Part shown: in pieces, positions 13,070 to 28,996 of the stretch
How the letters are laid out: every line of letters begins with the position of its first letter
How positions within the stretch are numbered: the first letter of the stretch is position 1
From: the human T2T-CHM13v2.0 reference genome, Homo sapiens
NCBI RefSeq assembly: GCF_009914755.1
Contig: NC_060926.1
Strand: one strand, 5' to 3'
DNA length: 64,000 bases
Translations under genes and position numbers: made by a program
The notes under the pieces: model-generated
Seen by the model: the letters and a program-made list of their open reading frames with translations, nothing else
Database searches by the model: none
What the model was told of the DNA's origin: nothing

Positions 13070-14120
13070 TGTTATTATTGCTGCAATTTGTATTAAGGGT
13101 CTATTATGTTCTAGGTGTTATCCCAAATTCTGGAATTTTTTTAAATGAATAAAATATTTGCCAAGTGGGTGAGTGAAATAGGCAAAAAGTAATTAATTAT
13201 CTTAGATGTGACAAGTAAGCTCAGAAGAGAAGGTGACCATCCTTTTCAGCATGTGAGAAGGGACAGAGAAAGGGTTCAGAGGAGATAAACTAAAGTGGGT
13301 CATACAGAGTCCGCAGGAAGGGACAAGGAATGGGCTTTTGAGAAGAGAAAACAATGTGTGCCAAGGAGGAAGCATGGAAAATGTGAGAAATTTGAGATAG
13401 TTGCATATTATTAGAGTGGAATCTGTAAGAGTTGAAGGTGCATAGTAGTGGTATTAGAGTTAAGGACAGAGAAGAAAACCTGACAAGACCCTGGAAAGCT
13501 TCATGTCATCTTGCTCAGTATTAAATGTAATGGCCAAAACTGCAATTACTTTTGCACCAACCCAGTTATTTATTCATTACATAGGGACCCATTGAAGAAT
13601 TTTAGGAAGTTTCCCTGAAGAGGTCTGCATCTTGCATAGGAACCCCATTATAGTCTGAGGAATGTCTTGAAGTGAGAGACTCTAGAGATAATAAAACTAA
13701 TTAGCATGCTGTCTCAATAAGCCTTTGGGAAATCAACAGCAATCCCACAAATATCATACAATTTCCTCCTTTCCTTCTCATCTATATTTTAAATATATTT
13801 TGTTTTAAATCAGAGAGATGGAGAGGTTAGGACTGTCACGTGCAGGGGCTGTGATTTATGCATCTTTGCATGCCCACTGCCTAATATGATGCTTGCCACA
13901 AAGTAGGTCCTGGATAAATCTTGATTAATAATGAGTGATGGCACCTGAATTAAGGTAGAAGTAGAGAAAGTCAAGACATACTAGTGGATTAGGGAGCTAT
14001 TTAACAATTACCAGAACAACTGCTTGGTTATGGATATGGGGAAAAGGAGATTAAAGTAACTATAGAGTTTCTGGGTAGACTGAGCAATTGGACAAATGGT
14101 GATGTCACACTGAGATTAAA
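13070..14120 (-). mobile_element. Degenerate L2 fragments
   Basis: Purine-rich L2-like tracts (gagaagagaaaacaatgtgtgccaaaggag; ccattgaagaattttagg). Confidence 0.45.
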
Positions 14121-14130
14121 AACAACAGGA

Positions 14131-14463
14131 GGCCGGTCGGTGTGGCTCACACCTGTAATCCCAGCACTTTGGGAGGCCGAGGCGGGTGGATCACCTGAGG
14201 TCAGGAGTTCGAGACCAGCCTGACCAACAAGGTGAAACCCCATCTCTACTAAAAATACAAAAATTAGGCAGGCATGGTGGCAAGTGCCTGTAGTCCCAGC
14301 TACTCGGGAAGCTGAAACAGGAGAATTGCTTGCACCCAGGGAGGTGGAGGTTGCAGTGAGCCGAGATCGTGCCACTGCACTCCAGCCTGGGCAACGGAGC
14401 AAGACTTCATCTCGAAATAAATAAATAAACAAACAAACAAATAAATACAAAATAAAAATAAAA
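14131..14463 (+). mobile_element. AluS (Sx/Sq-like) with (TAAA)n(CAAA)n tail
   Basis: ggccggtcggtgtggctcacacctgtaatcccagc...gatcacctgaggtcaggagttcgag. Confidence 0.92.
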
Positions 14464-15094
14464 CCATCGTCAGTTCTTGCTTCACCCAAGACACCAGGAA
14501 AGACAATGAGACATTTCCTGAGGTTTTTACCCAAGCTATAACTTTGTTTCATAAAACGTTACTGCCACAATGTTTATTTATCAAACTGTCACTGAATTTT
14601 TGATAAAATAATACTTTGACATGTTATTTATGTTCTTTATCTTCTCTTTCATTACTTGGGATATCAGATATCTCTGCTAAAATTTCAACCAACTCTGCGG
14701 CTTTAACAAAATTTCCCTTCTCAATTTCCTTATAAACATATTTGTTGCCATTTATTATTTTAAAGACTTCAGAGCAATTTTTAACTAGCTTTTCCTATCT
14801 CAGCTGTGGAGTGTTTTCTGCATCCTGAGATTTTACTGCCCCTAGGAGACAGCAAGTATCAATTATTTTTAAAACAAAGATGAAAAACAGAATAACCTTC
14901 AACAGATACATAAGATTTAGAGATAACACAAATTTGGAATTGAGATATTTAGTTTATAAAAATAAAACCCTTTACTATTTGCTAACACAGAAGCACAGTT
15001 AAAATAACTGTTCCTGACTCACTGAGAATTACGAAGGTAAAATTTACAAAAATAATACACATCTATTAAATAAACTCAGAAGTAATCAATTCAA

Positions 15095-15445
15095 GCCTAT
15101 TAGAGTAGAATGATAGTTATCAGAGGCTGTGAAGGGTGAGAGGGGGATGAAAAGAGGTTGATGGGTACAAACACACAGTTAGGAGTAAGAAATAAGTTCC
15201 AGTCTTCAACAGCACAGTAGGGTGACTACAGTTAACAACCATATACTGCATATTTCAAAATAGCTAGAAGAGAGGATTTGAAATGTTCCCTACACAATGA
15301 AATGATAAATGTTCGAGGTGATGGATGTCTTAAATACCCTGATCTGATTGTTGCACATTGTATGCATGTATCAAAATCACATGTGCCTCATAAATATGTA
15401 TAGATAATATGTATTGATTAAAATAAGAAAAAAGAAAAACAAAAA
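15095..15445 (+). mobile_element. L1MA 3' end
   Basis: agagtagaatgatagttatcagaggctg...atttcaaaatagctagaagagaggatttgaaatgttccc, followed by an A-rich tail. Confidence 0.8.
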
Positions 15446-16914
15446 ACCCTATTAAAGGAGAAATGCCTAACGTGTGAACTGAAGGAAATAGATTGTATAG
15501 CTTCCCATGCCTCTTCTAGTTATAACAAATTTTGGGTTTTGTGTTTAATAATTTCAGCACTGTCAGTCACTGGCTCAAACTTCATCTGCAAAAGAGCAGA
15601 AAGTAACTCCTAAGTATGGCAGTTTCTGCCATCATAAACATAATAGCATTTTCTCTGGGTGATGTGTATGACAAATTCACAAACATTCCCTTTTACCCCA
15701 AATATAATTCTCTACTTAATTGTGGAGGTTCCTGTCCTCTGACTGACCACCAGATCTCAGACATTAATTTCCCTGAATGTCATTTCTCAGTGTTAATTTT
15801 CTGTGACCTTGTACTGATTTTTCCAATTGCCTCTCATTGCTTAATTCCAAAGATGCACCTTTTTATATGTCTTTTCTGACGGCCTTCAGCCTCAGTGAAG
15901 ACTCACTCTTATAAAATGTCCCATTTTCAAACAACAAATTTATTCAAAAGTCATTCTAACTCATAATGGCATTATTTGAAACACTATAGTTTATAAGTAT
16001 ACATAAAAATAGTTACACCATGTAAAAATTCCTTACCCTGCGGTATTATGTACTTTGCACAGTGACCTCTGCTCCACTTTGTATTTCCCATCCAACTAAG
16101 AATAGGAGGGGAGAAAACTATGCCAAAAAAGTTGACTCAGGAAACAATTCCAAAATCTCACGCACTTGAAAATATGTGTAGCTAGTACGGAATTGAGGAA
16201 AATCTGAATGAAAATGATGTAGAATCAAAACATAAATTACACAAGACTCCCCTGAACCATGCCAGTAGTCGTACCTTTAGAGCTGGCTAGAGATGCTGCT
16301 TAGTTGAGCCCTGTGCTTTAGATGGCCTGCATATTATAAACACATATTCAGAAAAATTCATTAAAGACACAGGGGGACACCTACCATCGGCATCTTGTGC
16401 TCAAGGCTAACAGAGCTCAATATAAAATCCCCAATATTAATCCTTATAACTAACACTATTCAGGGCGAAAAAAGACAGCTGCATCCAAATGTCATGAAGG
16501 TTTATGGGTTATGCTGCTGCCTACAGTACAGACTGAAAGTGCTTAGTTTAACAAAAAAAAAATCAAATTAATTAACTTGTCAAATGCATCCTCTTAGATG
16601 GCACAAAGGGAAGAGATTCTTGTTTAACAAAGTATTTTTTCCCAGCAGTGCCAAGTATCCATTTCCCTGCTCCTTTTCGGGGCACTCGAATTGGTGGTTC
16701 TGAATACTCATGTATTAGAGTGCTATTCCTAAAAGTTACAATGGAGGCTGAGAACGATTTGTCAATATTAAATAAATCACACTACTCAAATTTGTATATA
16801 TGTGGGTTAGCAAAATATAAGCACAAGCCTAACGCTATTTTTTTCCATTCTCAATTAATTGGACATTGAACCCTAGAATTACAAATCTTGTTGTTTGTAT
16901 CTTAAAAGTTAATA

Positions 16915-17640
16915 AGGTTAGTTGTAGAGCAAATGGAACCTTATTCATTTTTTATGGGAATGTAAGTTAGCAGGACCATTGTGAAAAACAGTATGGAGGT
17001 TTCCTTAACAATTAAAAATAGAACTACCATATGATCTGGCAATGCTACTTTTGTGTATTTATTCAAAAGATGTAATATCAATAAGTCAAAAAGATAATCT
17101 GCATTCCCATGTTCATTGCAGCACTATTCACAATAACGAAGACGCGGAATCAACCTGAGTGCCCATCAAGGGACGAATGAGTAAAGAAAATGTGGCACTT
17201 ATACACAAATGAGTACTATTCAGCCTTTAAAAAAGAAAGAAATCCTGTCACTTGTGATGACATGAATAAACCTGGGTGAATTTATGCTAAGTGAGATAAG
17301 CCAGGCATAGAAAGACAAATAATATGTAATTTTTAGATATGAAACTAATAGAAGCTGAAAGCAGAAGGGTAGTTGTTGGGAGCAGGGGGTTAGCAGGAAT
17401 GGAAAGATGGGGGTAAAAAGTACGGTTTCAATTAGACAGAATGAGTAAGTTCTGGAGATCTATTGTACAGCATGGTGACATTAGTTAGTAATGTATACTT
17501 GCAAATTGCTAAGAAACTAGATATTCAATATTCTTACCACACACACAAAAGGTAAGTATGTGAGATATGGATACGTTAATTAATTTGATTTAATAATTTC
17601 ACAATTTATATATATTGAAATATCATGTTGTACCCCATAA
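16915..17640 (+). mobile_element. L1MA/L1MB 3' end
   Basis: aaaaacagtatggaggtttcct...tagaactaccatatgatc...atgttcattgcagcactattcacaata. Confidence 0.8.
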
Positions 17641-17861
17641 AAGTAACTTAAGGTTCAATTACTTCAAAAAATTAAATAAAAATCCCATCCTCCTCAACAT
17701 GTGATTAAAATCTTTATATTAATTAATCATAATTTGTATAATGCATTTTGACTTTAATAGAAAATGTTGAATATCAGAAAAAAATTTAAAGCACATACAA
17801 AAATTTTAAAATTTTCCATCTTTTATATTATTGCTGAAAACTTTTAAACTTTCTACACTGA

Positions 17862-18165
<304 letters not shown>

Positions 18166-18473
18166 TCACATGTCAGTTTTTATCTTTTATATCATTGTCT
18201 TGTTAGAATGAAAATTATGTGAAAATCTTGATTATTCCAACAAAATCAGTCATTTCGCTAAAAGGCAGAAAAGTAAATGTAATAAAGATGTACTAATTTA
18301 TTATTTATATTTTAAATTTTTACCCATCCAAATATTTCCACTCAAAACCAAAACACAGACATGTTCAATAAAAATTAAGTTCAGCCACTTTTATTATTTT
18401 AGTAGTTTAATGCCCAATTTCAGGCATTAAAATAAGCATAACTTTACCATTTTAAATAATCTTGTCATTATTA

Positions 18474-20222
18474 GGAGAACTACAAAACACTGCTGAAAGA
18501 AATCACAGGCAATACAAATAAATAGAATAACATTCCATGCTCATGGATTGGAAGAATCAATATTGTTAAAATAGCCATATTGCCTGATATGGTTTGGCTT
18601 TGTCTCCCCACCCAAATCTCACCTGGAATTGTAATTCCCATGTGTTGAGGGAGCGATCTGGTGGGAGGTGATTGGATCATGAGGGTGGTTTCCCCCAAGC
18701 TGTTCTCATGATAGTGAGTTCTCATGAGATCTGATGGTTTTATAAGTGGCTCTTTTCCCTTTGTTCTCTCTCTCCCCGGCTGCCTTGTGAAGAAGGTGTG
18801 TGCTTCCCCTTCAGCCATGATTGTAAGTTTCCCAAGGCCTCCCCAGCCATGAGGAACTGTGAGTCAATTAAAGCTCTTTCCTTCATAAATTACCCAGTCT
18901 TAGGTATTCTTTATGGCAGAGTGAAAATGTACTAATACACAGCACAAAACAATTTATAGATGAAATGCTTTTTCTATTAAATTGCCAAGGTAATTTTTCA
19001 CAGAATAAAAAGCAACTATCCTGTAATTCATATGGAACCAAAAAAGGGCCTGCATAGCCAAAGCAATCCTCGTCAAGAAGAAGAAAGCCAGAAGCATCTC
19101 ATTACCCACCTTCAAACTGTACTACAAGGCTACAGTAACCAAAAGAGCATGGTACTAGTACGTGGACTAGTACATAGACACATAGACCAATACTTCAGAA
19201 TGAAGACCCTTGGAATAAAGCTGCATACCTACAACCAACTGATCTTCAACAAGCTTGACAAAAATAAAACAATGGGGAGAGGATACCCTATTCAATAAGT
19301 GGTGCTGGGATAAATGGCTAACCATATGCAGAAGAATGAAACTGGACAGCTACGTCTTACCAAATACAAAAATTAACTCAAGATGGATTAAATACTTAAC
19401 TGTAAGATCTCATATTATAAAAATCCTAGAAGATGACCTAGGAAATGCCTTTCTGGACATTGGCCTAGGCAAAGAAGTTACGAGCAAGTCCTTAAAAGCA
19501 AATGCAACAAAACCAAAAATTGACAATTGAGACCTAATTAAACTAAAGAGCTTCGGCACAGCAAAAGAAACTGTCAACAGAGTAAGCAGACAAAAAACAG
19601 AATGGGAGAAAATACTCACAAACTATGCATCTGGCAAAGGACTAATATCTGGAATCTAGAAGGAACTCAAACAAATCAACAAGAAAAAAACAACCTCATT
19701 AAAAAGTGGGCAAAGGACACGAATACACTTACCAAGAGATGACATACACATGGCCAAGAAACAGGAAGAAAAATTTTCAGCATCACTAATCATTAGATAA
19801 ATCAAAATCACAACATGATACCATTTCACACCAGTTAAAATGGCTATTAAAAAGTCAAAAAATAACATGTTGGTGAGGTTGTCGAGAAAAGGGAATGCTT
19901 ATACACTGTGGATGGGAATGTGAATTGGTTCAGCCCCTGTGGAAAGCACTTTGGAGAATTCTCAAAGAACTGAAAGTTGAATTACCATTCAACCCAGCAA
20001 TCCCATTACTAGGTATATATCCAAAGGAAAATAAATCATTCTACCAAAAAGACACCTGAACTTGTACATTTACCAAAGCACTATCAACAATAGCAAAGAC
20101 AAGGAATCAACTCAGGTGCCCATCAGCAGTGGATTGGATAAAGAAAGTATGGTACATACATTATACCATGGAATAGTATGCAGCCATAAAACCAAAACAA
20201 AATCATGCCCTTTACAGCAGCA
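18474..20222 (+). mobile_element. L1 (L1PB/L1MA-like) ORF2 3' fragment, disrupted, interrupted by a THE1 LTR
   Basis: ORF fragments such as [25 protein letters not shown] match L1 ORF2p; many stops and frameshifts. Confidence 0.9.
18585..18939 (+). mobile_element. THE1D-like solo LTR
   Basis: tgatatggtttggc...ccacccaaatctc...ctaataca; 355 bp. Confidence 0.88.
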
Positions 20223-20225
20223 CAG

Positions 20226-20565
20226 CAGTGGTCAGCAACCTTTCTGACACCAGGGACTGGTTTCAGTTTCCTGGAATATAACTTTTCCATGGTTGAGGTG
20301 GGATGGGGGGATGGTTTTGGGATGAAACTGTTCCACCTCAGATAATCAGGCATTAGAATCTCTTAAGGAGCATGCAATCTAGATCCCTTGCATGCACAGT
20401 TCACAATATGGTTTGCGTTCCTATGAGAATCTAATGCCACTACTGATTTGACAGGAGGTGGAGCTCAGCAGTAATGCTCACTTACCTGCTCCTCACCTCC
20501 TGCTGTGCAGCTCATTTCCTAACAGGCTACAGACCAGTACCAGACCATTGTCAGGGGAGTCGGGG
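20226..20565 (+). mobile_element. MER1B (hAT-Charlie)
   Basis: ggatgaaactgttccacctcagataatcaggcattaga...gacaggaggtggagctcag. Confidence 0.85.
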
Positions 20566-21539
20566 AAGGACAGGGAGAGAGGAGGAAGGGGTATAATCAT
20601 CTGGAACAAAATAAAATAATATCTTCACATTTTGGGATATAACATGTTCTTGCTTCTGCAGGGGTACAAAACAAACAAAAGACTTCCCAGGACCCTCAGT
20701 GACCTTGAGTCCATGTTCAGAAATAGAACATTAATTTACCAGCAACTTAATGTTTTGCCTTCATTTCCATCTGCATGTTATAGATTTAATTTTTTAATAC
20801 AACATAGAATAAAAGGTGCAACTTCTGAAGCAAATTGAGGTGCTGCAGTCCAAAGTAAAATGCAACTTATGCATCGACCAATCTGAAACTGTCCTTTAGC
20901 ACATTAGAAATAACATACTTCCAATTTTATAATATTTATTTATACATCAGGCATTTGTAGAATTACTATGAGAAATTATGCCTTCCATCTCCCTCACTTC
21001 TGCTGTCAAGTTCACATGAATTCATTTCCTTAGGTCATCAAAGAGTGAATGTAAATAAACGGAGGGAGCAGCCAAGACCTGCATCTCAGCCTTAAATACA
21101 CACATAGTCCCAGCTTCCTACCTCCTATGATTAGCAGTGGTTTAAGAAAGAACCTCTTTTAAAAAGTCTGTCCCTTCTTACTGAAACTGTAAATTCTTTT
21201 CACAATGAAAAAAATCAAGCCACAAATGCAAATATACTAAGATAATCCTGTAAAGCACTTGCTTAAAAATAATTGTGGTCTCTTGTTTGCTGCAAGGCAG
21301 GGTTTCAACTCCTTAGAGTGTCTATCTAGGCTCTTACATTTCTGTTCTAAAACTGCCTTCCCAGCCTCTGCTCCAGCCACTTCACCCACAAATTCTAAAT
21401 CTATGTTATGTGCCTGGTCATCGTTACCCCAAAATAAAATTTCACCATTGCATACCTTTGGCTATGTTTTATTATCCCCAAAGACCCTCCCCAGTGTAGA
21501 ACATAGGGCAAAATACTTGAAGCTTCAAATCTCAATTGT

Positions 21540-21790
21540 CTGTCTCTTTGTTTTCCTGTAGCTCTCCCTGACTCTTCAGTCTACCAATTCTTTCTTCATC
21601 TGAAGTTCGCTGGCACTTTATACAATTCTTTCTTTCAGCATTTATGTTGAATTTTAACTGTTTATGGACCTCCCTTCTTTGCCAGGGTATGTATTCCTGA
21701 GGGATGGAGAAGGACACTGCTTTATTCATTTTTATGTGCCCAGCACCTAGAACACCTGACACATGTAGACCCAATAAATGTGAAATTGAA
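21540..21790 (+). mobile_element. L2 3' end fragment
   Basis: cccagcacctagaacacctgacacatgtagacccaataaatgtgaaattgaattga. Confidence 0.6.
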
Positions 21791-22573
21791 TTGAGTCTTC
21801 CAGGGAGCATATTGGCTTAAAATCACACCAAGGTAGACATTGCTAATATAGGTCTTTGCTAAGGATAAAATGTTTATTTATTTATTTCTATTTTTAGGGG
21901 AGAGTGTAGAGAATGCTTGAGGGCACTAAAGGTGAAAACAATATACAAGAAATTTTATGACATTTTCTCTCAATAGATATTTCTAGTTTTAGAGCCACAT
22001 TATACAGTGCAGAGAAAAAAAAAATCTTTTTTATTTAATGTTGATGTAGCCACTTGGCCAGCAGAGGGAGAAAATACAATACAAAATACATGCAGTGATA
22101 TTTAGCTCTCTCCATTATAAATGATGTGATATTTTATGTTTTCTTTTCCATCACTTTCAGGTCAGAATATGTATGAAATTATCCAAGAATATGTAGTTAT
22201 CTAAATCATCTCTACCATCTTCCCCCAAATGTTAAAGTCTGCCTTTATTTTTCTTTAGGTTGAAAGAATTCAGCAGTGTATTTTACTCGAGAGCCAGTAA
22301 GCTCTCATCTAAAATTAATAGAAAATTATGCCTTTCAGAGAGAGCTGCAATTTCCAGATGCTCATTTCGTCTCTCATTGCACACTAATGAAATGAACTGG
22401 AATATTTAGGCGTTAGATATTCTATTGCTTGGGTCTGAGGGCAGTTAGCCAAAATCTGATGGTGCAAGATAGAACTGCTCTTCCCCTATAGTACAAAGAG
22501 ACTTGCTTATAAGATTGGAGGGGGTGGGTGTGTGGGTAAGGTGTGGTTGTCTATGTTGTGTTATGTAATGTAG

Positions 22574-22642
22574 TGTGTATGTGTATATATACACACACAC
22601 ATATATATACACACACATATATACAAAGACACACACACATAT
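22574..22642. repeat. Compound (TG)/(TA)/(CA) microsatellite
   Basis: gtgtatgtgtatatatacacacacacatatatatacacacac... Confidence 0.85.
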
Positions 22643-23064
22643 GCTTTTCCATCCCACTAAATTTATACTACATTTGCCTAATGAAAGCATAATGTAGAAA
22701 ATGCTTATTAACAGGTAAAATGAGGATATTTACTCACATCAAAACCTGATTCTTTTCTGTACAATATAATTCAAAGCTCTCATCCATGCATGTCAAATAA
22801 GATTAGAGTTTTTAAAACAATAGGATATATAAAGTTTTCACATTCATTGCAAAACATCTACTCCTTAGGAAATTTAATTTGTGAGGAAAACAAACAAATC
22901 TGAGAGATTATTAGCAGCAGTTACAAATAGCTTGTGCTAAGTGTAGTGTGCCAACCTCCCAGTCCTAAACCACACCCATCCCTTCACTCCATTAGCTCAC
23001 CATCTCTTATTTCAGTCTTATCATCTTATAATCCATATTCCATGCTATAGCTAGAGTTTTTAAA

Positions 23065-24515
23065 AATTATTTTTTATTTTTAAATCATTGTAAATTCCAT
23101 TCAATTGTAAAAAACAATACAAGGAGTTTCGATGTGCCCTTTACTCAGTTTCTCCCTCATGGTAACATCTTGCAAAACTGTAGTGTAATATCACCAGCAG
23201 GATACTGACATTTATACAGTCAAGACAGAAAACATTTCCATCATCACAAGCCTCCTTCATTTTACCCATTATAGTTACACTAACTTCCCTTTCCCATCCC
23301 ACATCCCTGATCTGGTCTCGATATTTATAATTTTGTCATTTTAAGAATATTATATAAGTTGAATCACATACAATGTAATCTTTTGCGATTGCTTTTTTTT
23401 TTTTCCTCACTTGGCATAATCTTCTGGAGATTCATCTAGGTTGTTGGGTGGATCAATAGTATGTTCCTCTCTTTGCCAAATAGTATCCAACGGTATGAAT
23501 GTACCACAGTTTAACCATTCACTCATTGAAGGAAATCTGGGTTGTTTTCAGCTATTGGCTATAGTCAAGTTGCCATAAAAATTATATACAGGTTTTTGTG
23601 TGAACCCAGGTTTTTATTTCCATGGAACAAATACCCAGGGGTGAAATTACTGTGCCATATGGTAGGTTCTTGTTTAGTTTTAAAGAAAACACCACACGTT
23701 TCCAGAATAGCTGTACATTTTACACCCCTACCAGCACTGTATAAGTGATCCAGTTTCTATGCATCCTCACTGCAATTTGCTGATGTCATTATTTTACATA
23801 TATACTTATATACTGCTATCTCATTGTGGCTTAAATATCTATTTCCCTAAAGGCTAGTAATATCGAACATCTATTCATGTGCTTATTTGCTATATGAATC
23901 TTTGGTGAAATGCCTCTTCATTTGTTTGCCCATTTTTTAATTAGATTGTTCTTTTACTATTGAATTTTAAGAGTTTATGAAAAAAAGAGTTTATGATACA
24001 TTCTAGATAATAGTTCTTTGTTGGCTATGAGGTTTGCAGGTATTTTCACCACTTTGTAGCCTATCGTTTCATTATTTTTGACAAGATCTTTAAATAAATT
24101 TTATAACTTTTGATGATGTCTAATTGATTTTGCCTTTTATGGAATATGTTTATGGTGTGAACTCTTAAGAACTTTTTGCCTTTCCCTAGATTCCAACGAT
24201 TTTTCTACTATATATTTTTCCTAATACTTTTATATTTTAATGTTTTACATTTAAATCCATGATCTATTTTGAGTTAACTTTTGAATAAGATTTGATAATT
24301 AAGTTGAGGTTTTTTTTTTTTTTTTTTACTATAGATGTCCAATAGTTTCAACACATTTTGAAAGAATATCTTTCCTTGATTGAATTGCATGTACATCTTT
24401 TGTCAGAAAAGTTGGGTATATTTGTACGAATCTATTTCTGGATTAGCTGGTCTATTGTTTTAATCTATGTGTTTAGCCCTTAGCCAATACCACACAGTAT
24501 TGACTACCATAGATA
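23065..24515 (-). mobile_element. L1MC-like 3' portion
   Basis: ggtaacatcttgcaaaactgtagtgtaatatcacc...; later ttttacatttaaatccatgatctattttgagttaacttttg. Confidence 0.8.
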
Positions 24516-25899
24516 TAGTAATAGTACGTAGTATATGACCATATACTGTAGCTATATAATACATTCAGCATTTTCTGAAAAATGAGAGGCATTGAGAGGA
24601 GTAGGATGATATGGAGTGAACTGAAGGAAAAAGTTTGGATCTCTGAAAGTATAAGATACTAAACAATACGACCTGAAGAAACTGAGACTGAGATTGAGGG
24701 CTGTAAGTGAAAAGTCTAGATGTAAGTGTCTACAAAAAGTGCAACTCAAAGAAGTAGACTTTGGGAGCCAACCACCAAGACAGAGAGCATATCGGGCATT
24801 CCAGCATAGACATTCTGTTGGAAAAGTCTGTAAGGTGACATTCACTCAGATTTCAATACATCTGACTTAAATTTATCTTCTGTAACAGTGGAGATTACTA
24901 TGCCACAAACAGTATACATATCACACAGTGATCTACCACCACTCTATGACCAGTGAACTGATTCATGATAGATTAAATGCCAGCAATTGTTATATCAATA
25001 TAGTGAATAATTTGTACTAGTGGATTGTCTTGCCAGGAGAAAAGTGCTTTCTACATCTTGAAATAACTCATTTTCCCAACTAAATAGTAGGAAAAAAATA
25101 TTGCCACAATTTCCAGGGTTCAGTCTTTGTAGTTCTTAGGAAGATTGTATAGCGTTCATAGTAGCCATGAAATAAAGTATGAACATCTTTTTATGGACTG
25201 TCTTCAAGACTGAGTTTACCACATGACAATATTGATGTCACTCAATTGAGAATGTTAACACGGTTTATATTTCTGTGATATAGGGTTTACCTTACTTCTA
25301 CATTTTAATCTAAATTGCCAGCTTGAGGTGGCAAAAGAAAAGAGGCAATAGCAAATTTTACAGTAGTGAAATTTAATATGATAAATATTGCTTAACTGAG
25401 GCCAAAATAATATGAAATTTGCTGTCTCAGGATAGTGAATGAACCATTAAACAGACTAAAAGAAGGCTAGGGTAGAGGTATATGGAGAGCAGGGTAGAGT
25501 GAAACAAACTGAAATACAAGGTAGAGATGTGTGTTAGATATTACATGGCCTTGTAGGACACATGAAAGAACTTGGTCATTGTTCTCAGTACAAGAGTAAC
25601 AGATCAGCTTTTAAGTAAACCAATTAACTTTATTGTAGTACAGCCTTGAGATAATCCAGTCATTTTCAAATCGGTTGGACTTTTCATATACCTCATCAAG
25701 CATCATAAAAGATACATTCAAAATACTGGTGTCTGCCTATATCAGTAATTGTGGGTATACTAGATATGTTTATTTTTGAGCTCTTGAATGTAAATTTATA
25801 TCTAAAGTTGAGGAAATATCTTCAATGCACATTATGAGTGACTTGAATTCTGGATTAGTATGTGCTCATGGACACTATTGGAATAAACATATAGACTAC

Positions 25900-26735
25900 A
25901 TTTTTTAAACTTTTTCTTAAAAAAAAAAAGCCGGGACACGTGCAGAATGTACTGGTTTGTTACATAGGTATACGTGTGCCATGGTGGTTTGCTACACCTA
26001 TTGACCCATCCTCAAAGTTCCCTCCCCTCACCCTCCACCCCGCAACAGGCCCTGGAGTGCATTGTTCCTGTCTCTGTGTCCATGTGTTCTCACTGATCAA
26101 CTCCTACTTAACAGTGAGGACATGCGATGTTTGGTTTTCTGTTACTGTGTTAGTCTGCTGATGAAGGCTTCTACTTCATCCATGTTCCTGCAAAAGACAT
26201 GATCTCATTCCTTTTCATGGCTGCATAGTATTCTATGGTGTATACGTACCACATTTTCTTTATCCAGTCTATCATTGATGGGTATTTGGGTTGCTTCCAT
26301 GTCTTTGCTATTGTAAATATTGCTCAATAAACATATGTGTGCATGTGTCTTTATAGTAGAATAATTTCTATTCCTTTGGATATATACCCAGTAATGAGAT
26401 TGCTGGGTCAAATGGTACTTCTGGTTCTAGATCCTTGAGGAATCACCATACCGTCTTCCACAATGGTTGAACTAATTTACATTACCATCAACAGTGTAAA
26501 AGCCTTCCTATTTCTCCACAGCCTCACACCAGCATCTGTTGTTTCCTGACTTTTTAATAATCACCATTCTGACTGGCCTGAGATGGTATCTCATGGTTTG
26601 GATTTTCATTTCTCTGATGATCAGTGATGTTGAGCTATTTTTCATATGTTTGTTGGTTGCATAAACGTCTTCTTTTGAGCAGTGTCTGCTCATATCCTTT
26701 ACCACTTTTTGATGGGGTTGCTTGTTTCTTGTAAA
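25900..26735 (-). mobile_element. L1PA (older, about PA8-13) 3' end, 5'-truncated
   Basis: ggtttgttacataggtatacgtgtgccatggtggtttgct...cattttctttatccagtctatcattgatggg. Confidence 0.9.
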
Positions 26736-28099
26736 TATTTAGCAAGAAAGCACCCTTTCTTCCACCACTCTACTTGACTACATACTTCCCACTCAATGCT
26801 TCGTACCTCTGCGAATCCTTAGAACACTACAGTGAACTGACATGAGGTCTAGCACACAGCTTTGAAAAGTCCGCTAATATAAAATGTTTTTAGCCACATC
26901 TGTCCATGGCATTCATCAACAATTTTTGAGAGAACTATTATAGATTCAATATTTCAATGCCCTACAAGTATTGCTCTCACTTCTGCTAAAGCCAAGTAGA
27001 TTTTTAATAAATGACTAGGAAACATTTTGGAAAGATGATAATAATGTAACAGAAGTATGTCAAATGTTGCTACTCAAACCCCTCAGAAAGAAGAAAAAGA
27101 CGCTAGAATTTTACTCATATAGGTCAGAGTCTTCAAAGGAATGTCCTTAAAAACTCTGCATTGTCCATCTTTTTGCTTCCAGTGACATTAATGCTTTTTA
27201 TAACTTGCTATTTCATTCCAGCTTATATTTGAAGTGGGACTAGAATCAGCATAAAGAGATAACAGAGGTGAAAAGGTATTACATCTCTTTCCTTCCCTTT
27301 TGTATAATATGGAGCTCCTCTTTAGCCCTTTCTCTAATCTAAGAAAAATATAGGTCCTAGACATTTCAAAGGTTAGAAATTTAATGGATGAGAGATAAAT
27401 ATATTCTGTAGCTTCTATAACTAGATACTACCCTGTGGGTGATCTCACAAGTCTCTGGGTTGATGACAAGTGCTTAGAAGTGTAAAATCAAGTCTGCCTG
27501 GAATTTTTGTTCACACCTTTTATTGAAGAGAGGGTTACCTCCCAGACACTCTTGGATAGATACCTTTCCCACCACTACCACCATGTCTGAATAATCTAAC
27601 CCCCAAGAAATAGCAAAAATATTCAAGGGGAGAGAGGTCAGGGTTATGTAGAGAAATTACACCTCAAACCAGACTGTTAGTACCTAAGGTATTTAAACCT
27701 CCTGGTAGATATGACAGTGTGCAATGTGAAATTTCTATTATCAGAAATTTTATTCATGTATCTCTTCTCAAAATACACCTAAGTTCATCATCTCATTTGG
27801 TTCTTACAATTTTTAAAGTCCCCACATTTAGATAAGACTGAATCATGGGAAAAGAAGTATCTGTTGGGAAGTTAAAATTCCCTAGGAAACAGTGAACTTA
27901 AAGCCTAGAGTTAGTATTCAAATTTGCTTTGACACGGCCTTGATGGCTCAGGATATTGCCTTACTATAATCTGTGCTATTAACATAGCACAGAAGCAAAA
28001 TATTTAAAACCACAATAAAATATCTCAATTATGGGGCAGATAAATGTAACTTGAGACATCACAAGGTACCATTGCATTCTAGCATTCCTTGGAGCAATT

Positions 28100-28950
<851 letters not shown>

Positions 28951-28984
28951 AGTATCTATGAAACAAAAAGACACTCACAGTGAG

Positions 28985-28996
28985 GGTGTGTGTGTA

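Noticed and set aside
14028-14552. 174-aa ORF, the longest in the track, and similar ORFs at 4361, 7995, 17883, 28389, 62802 and 63725
   Set aside because: These are translations of Alu sequence, not genes.
19032-20247. ORFs with reverse-transcriptase-element similarity (also at 26205-26705, 32693, 37392 and 55127-55511)
   Set aside because: Broken L1 ORF2 remnants, not functional CDS.
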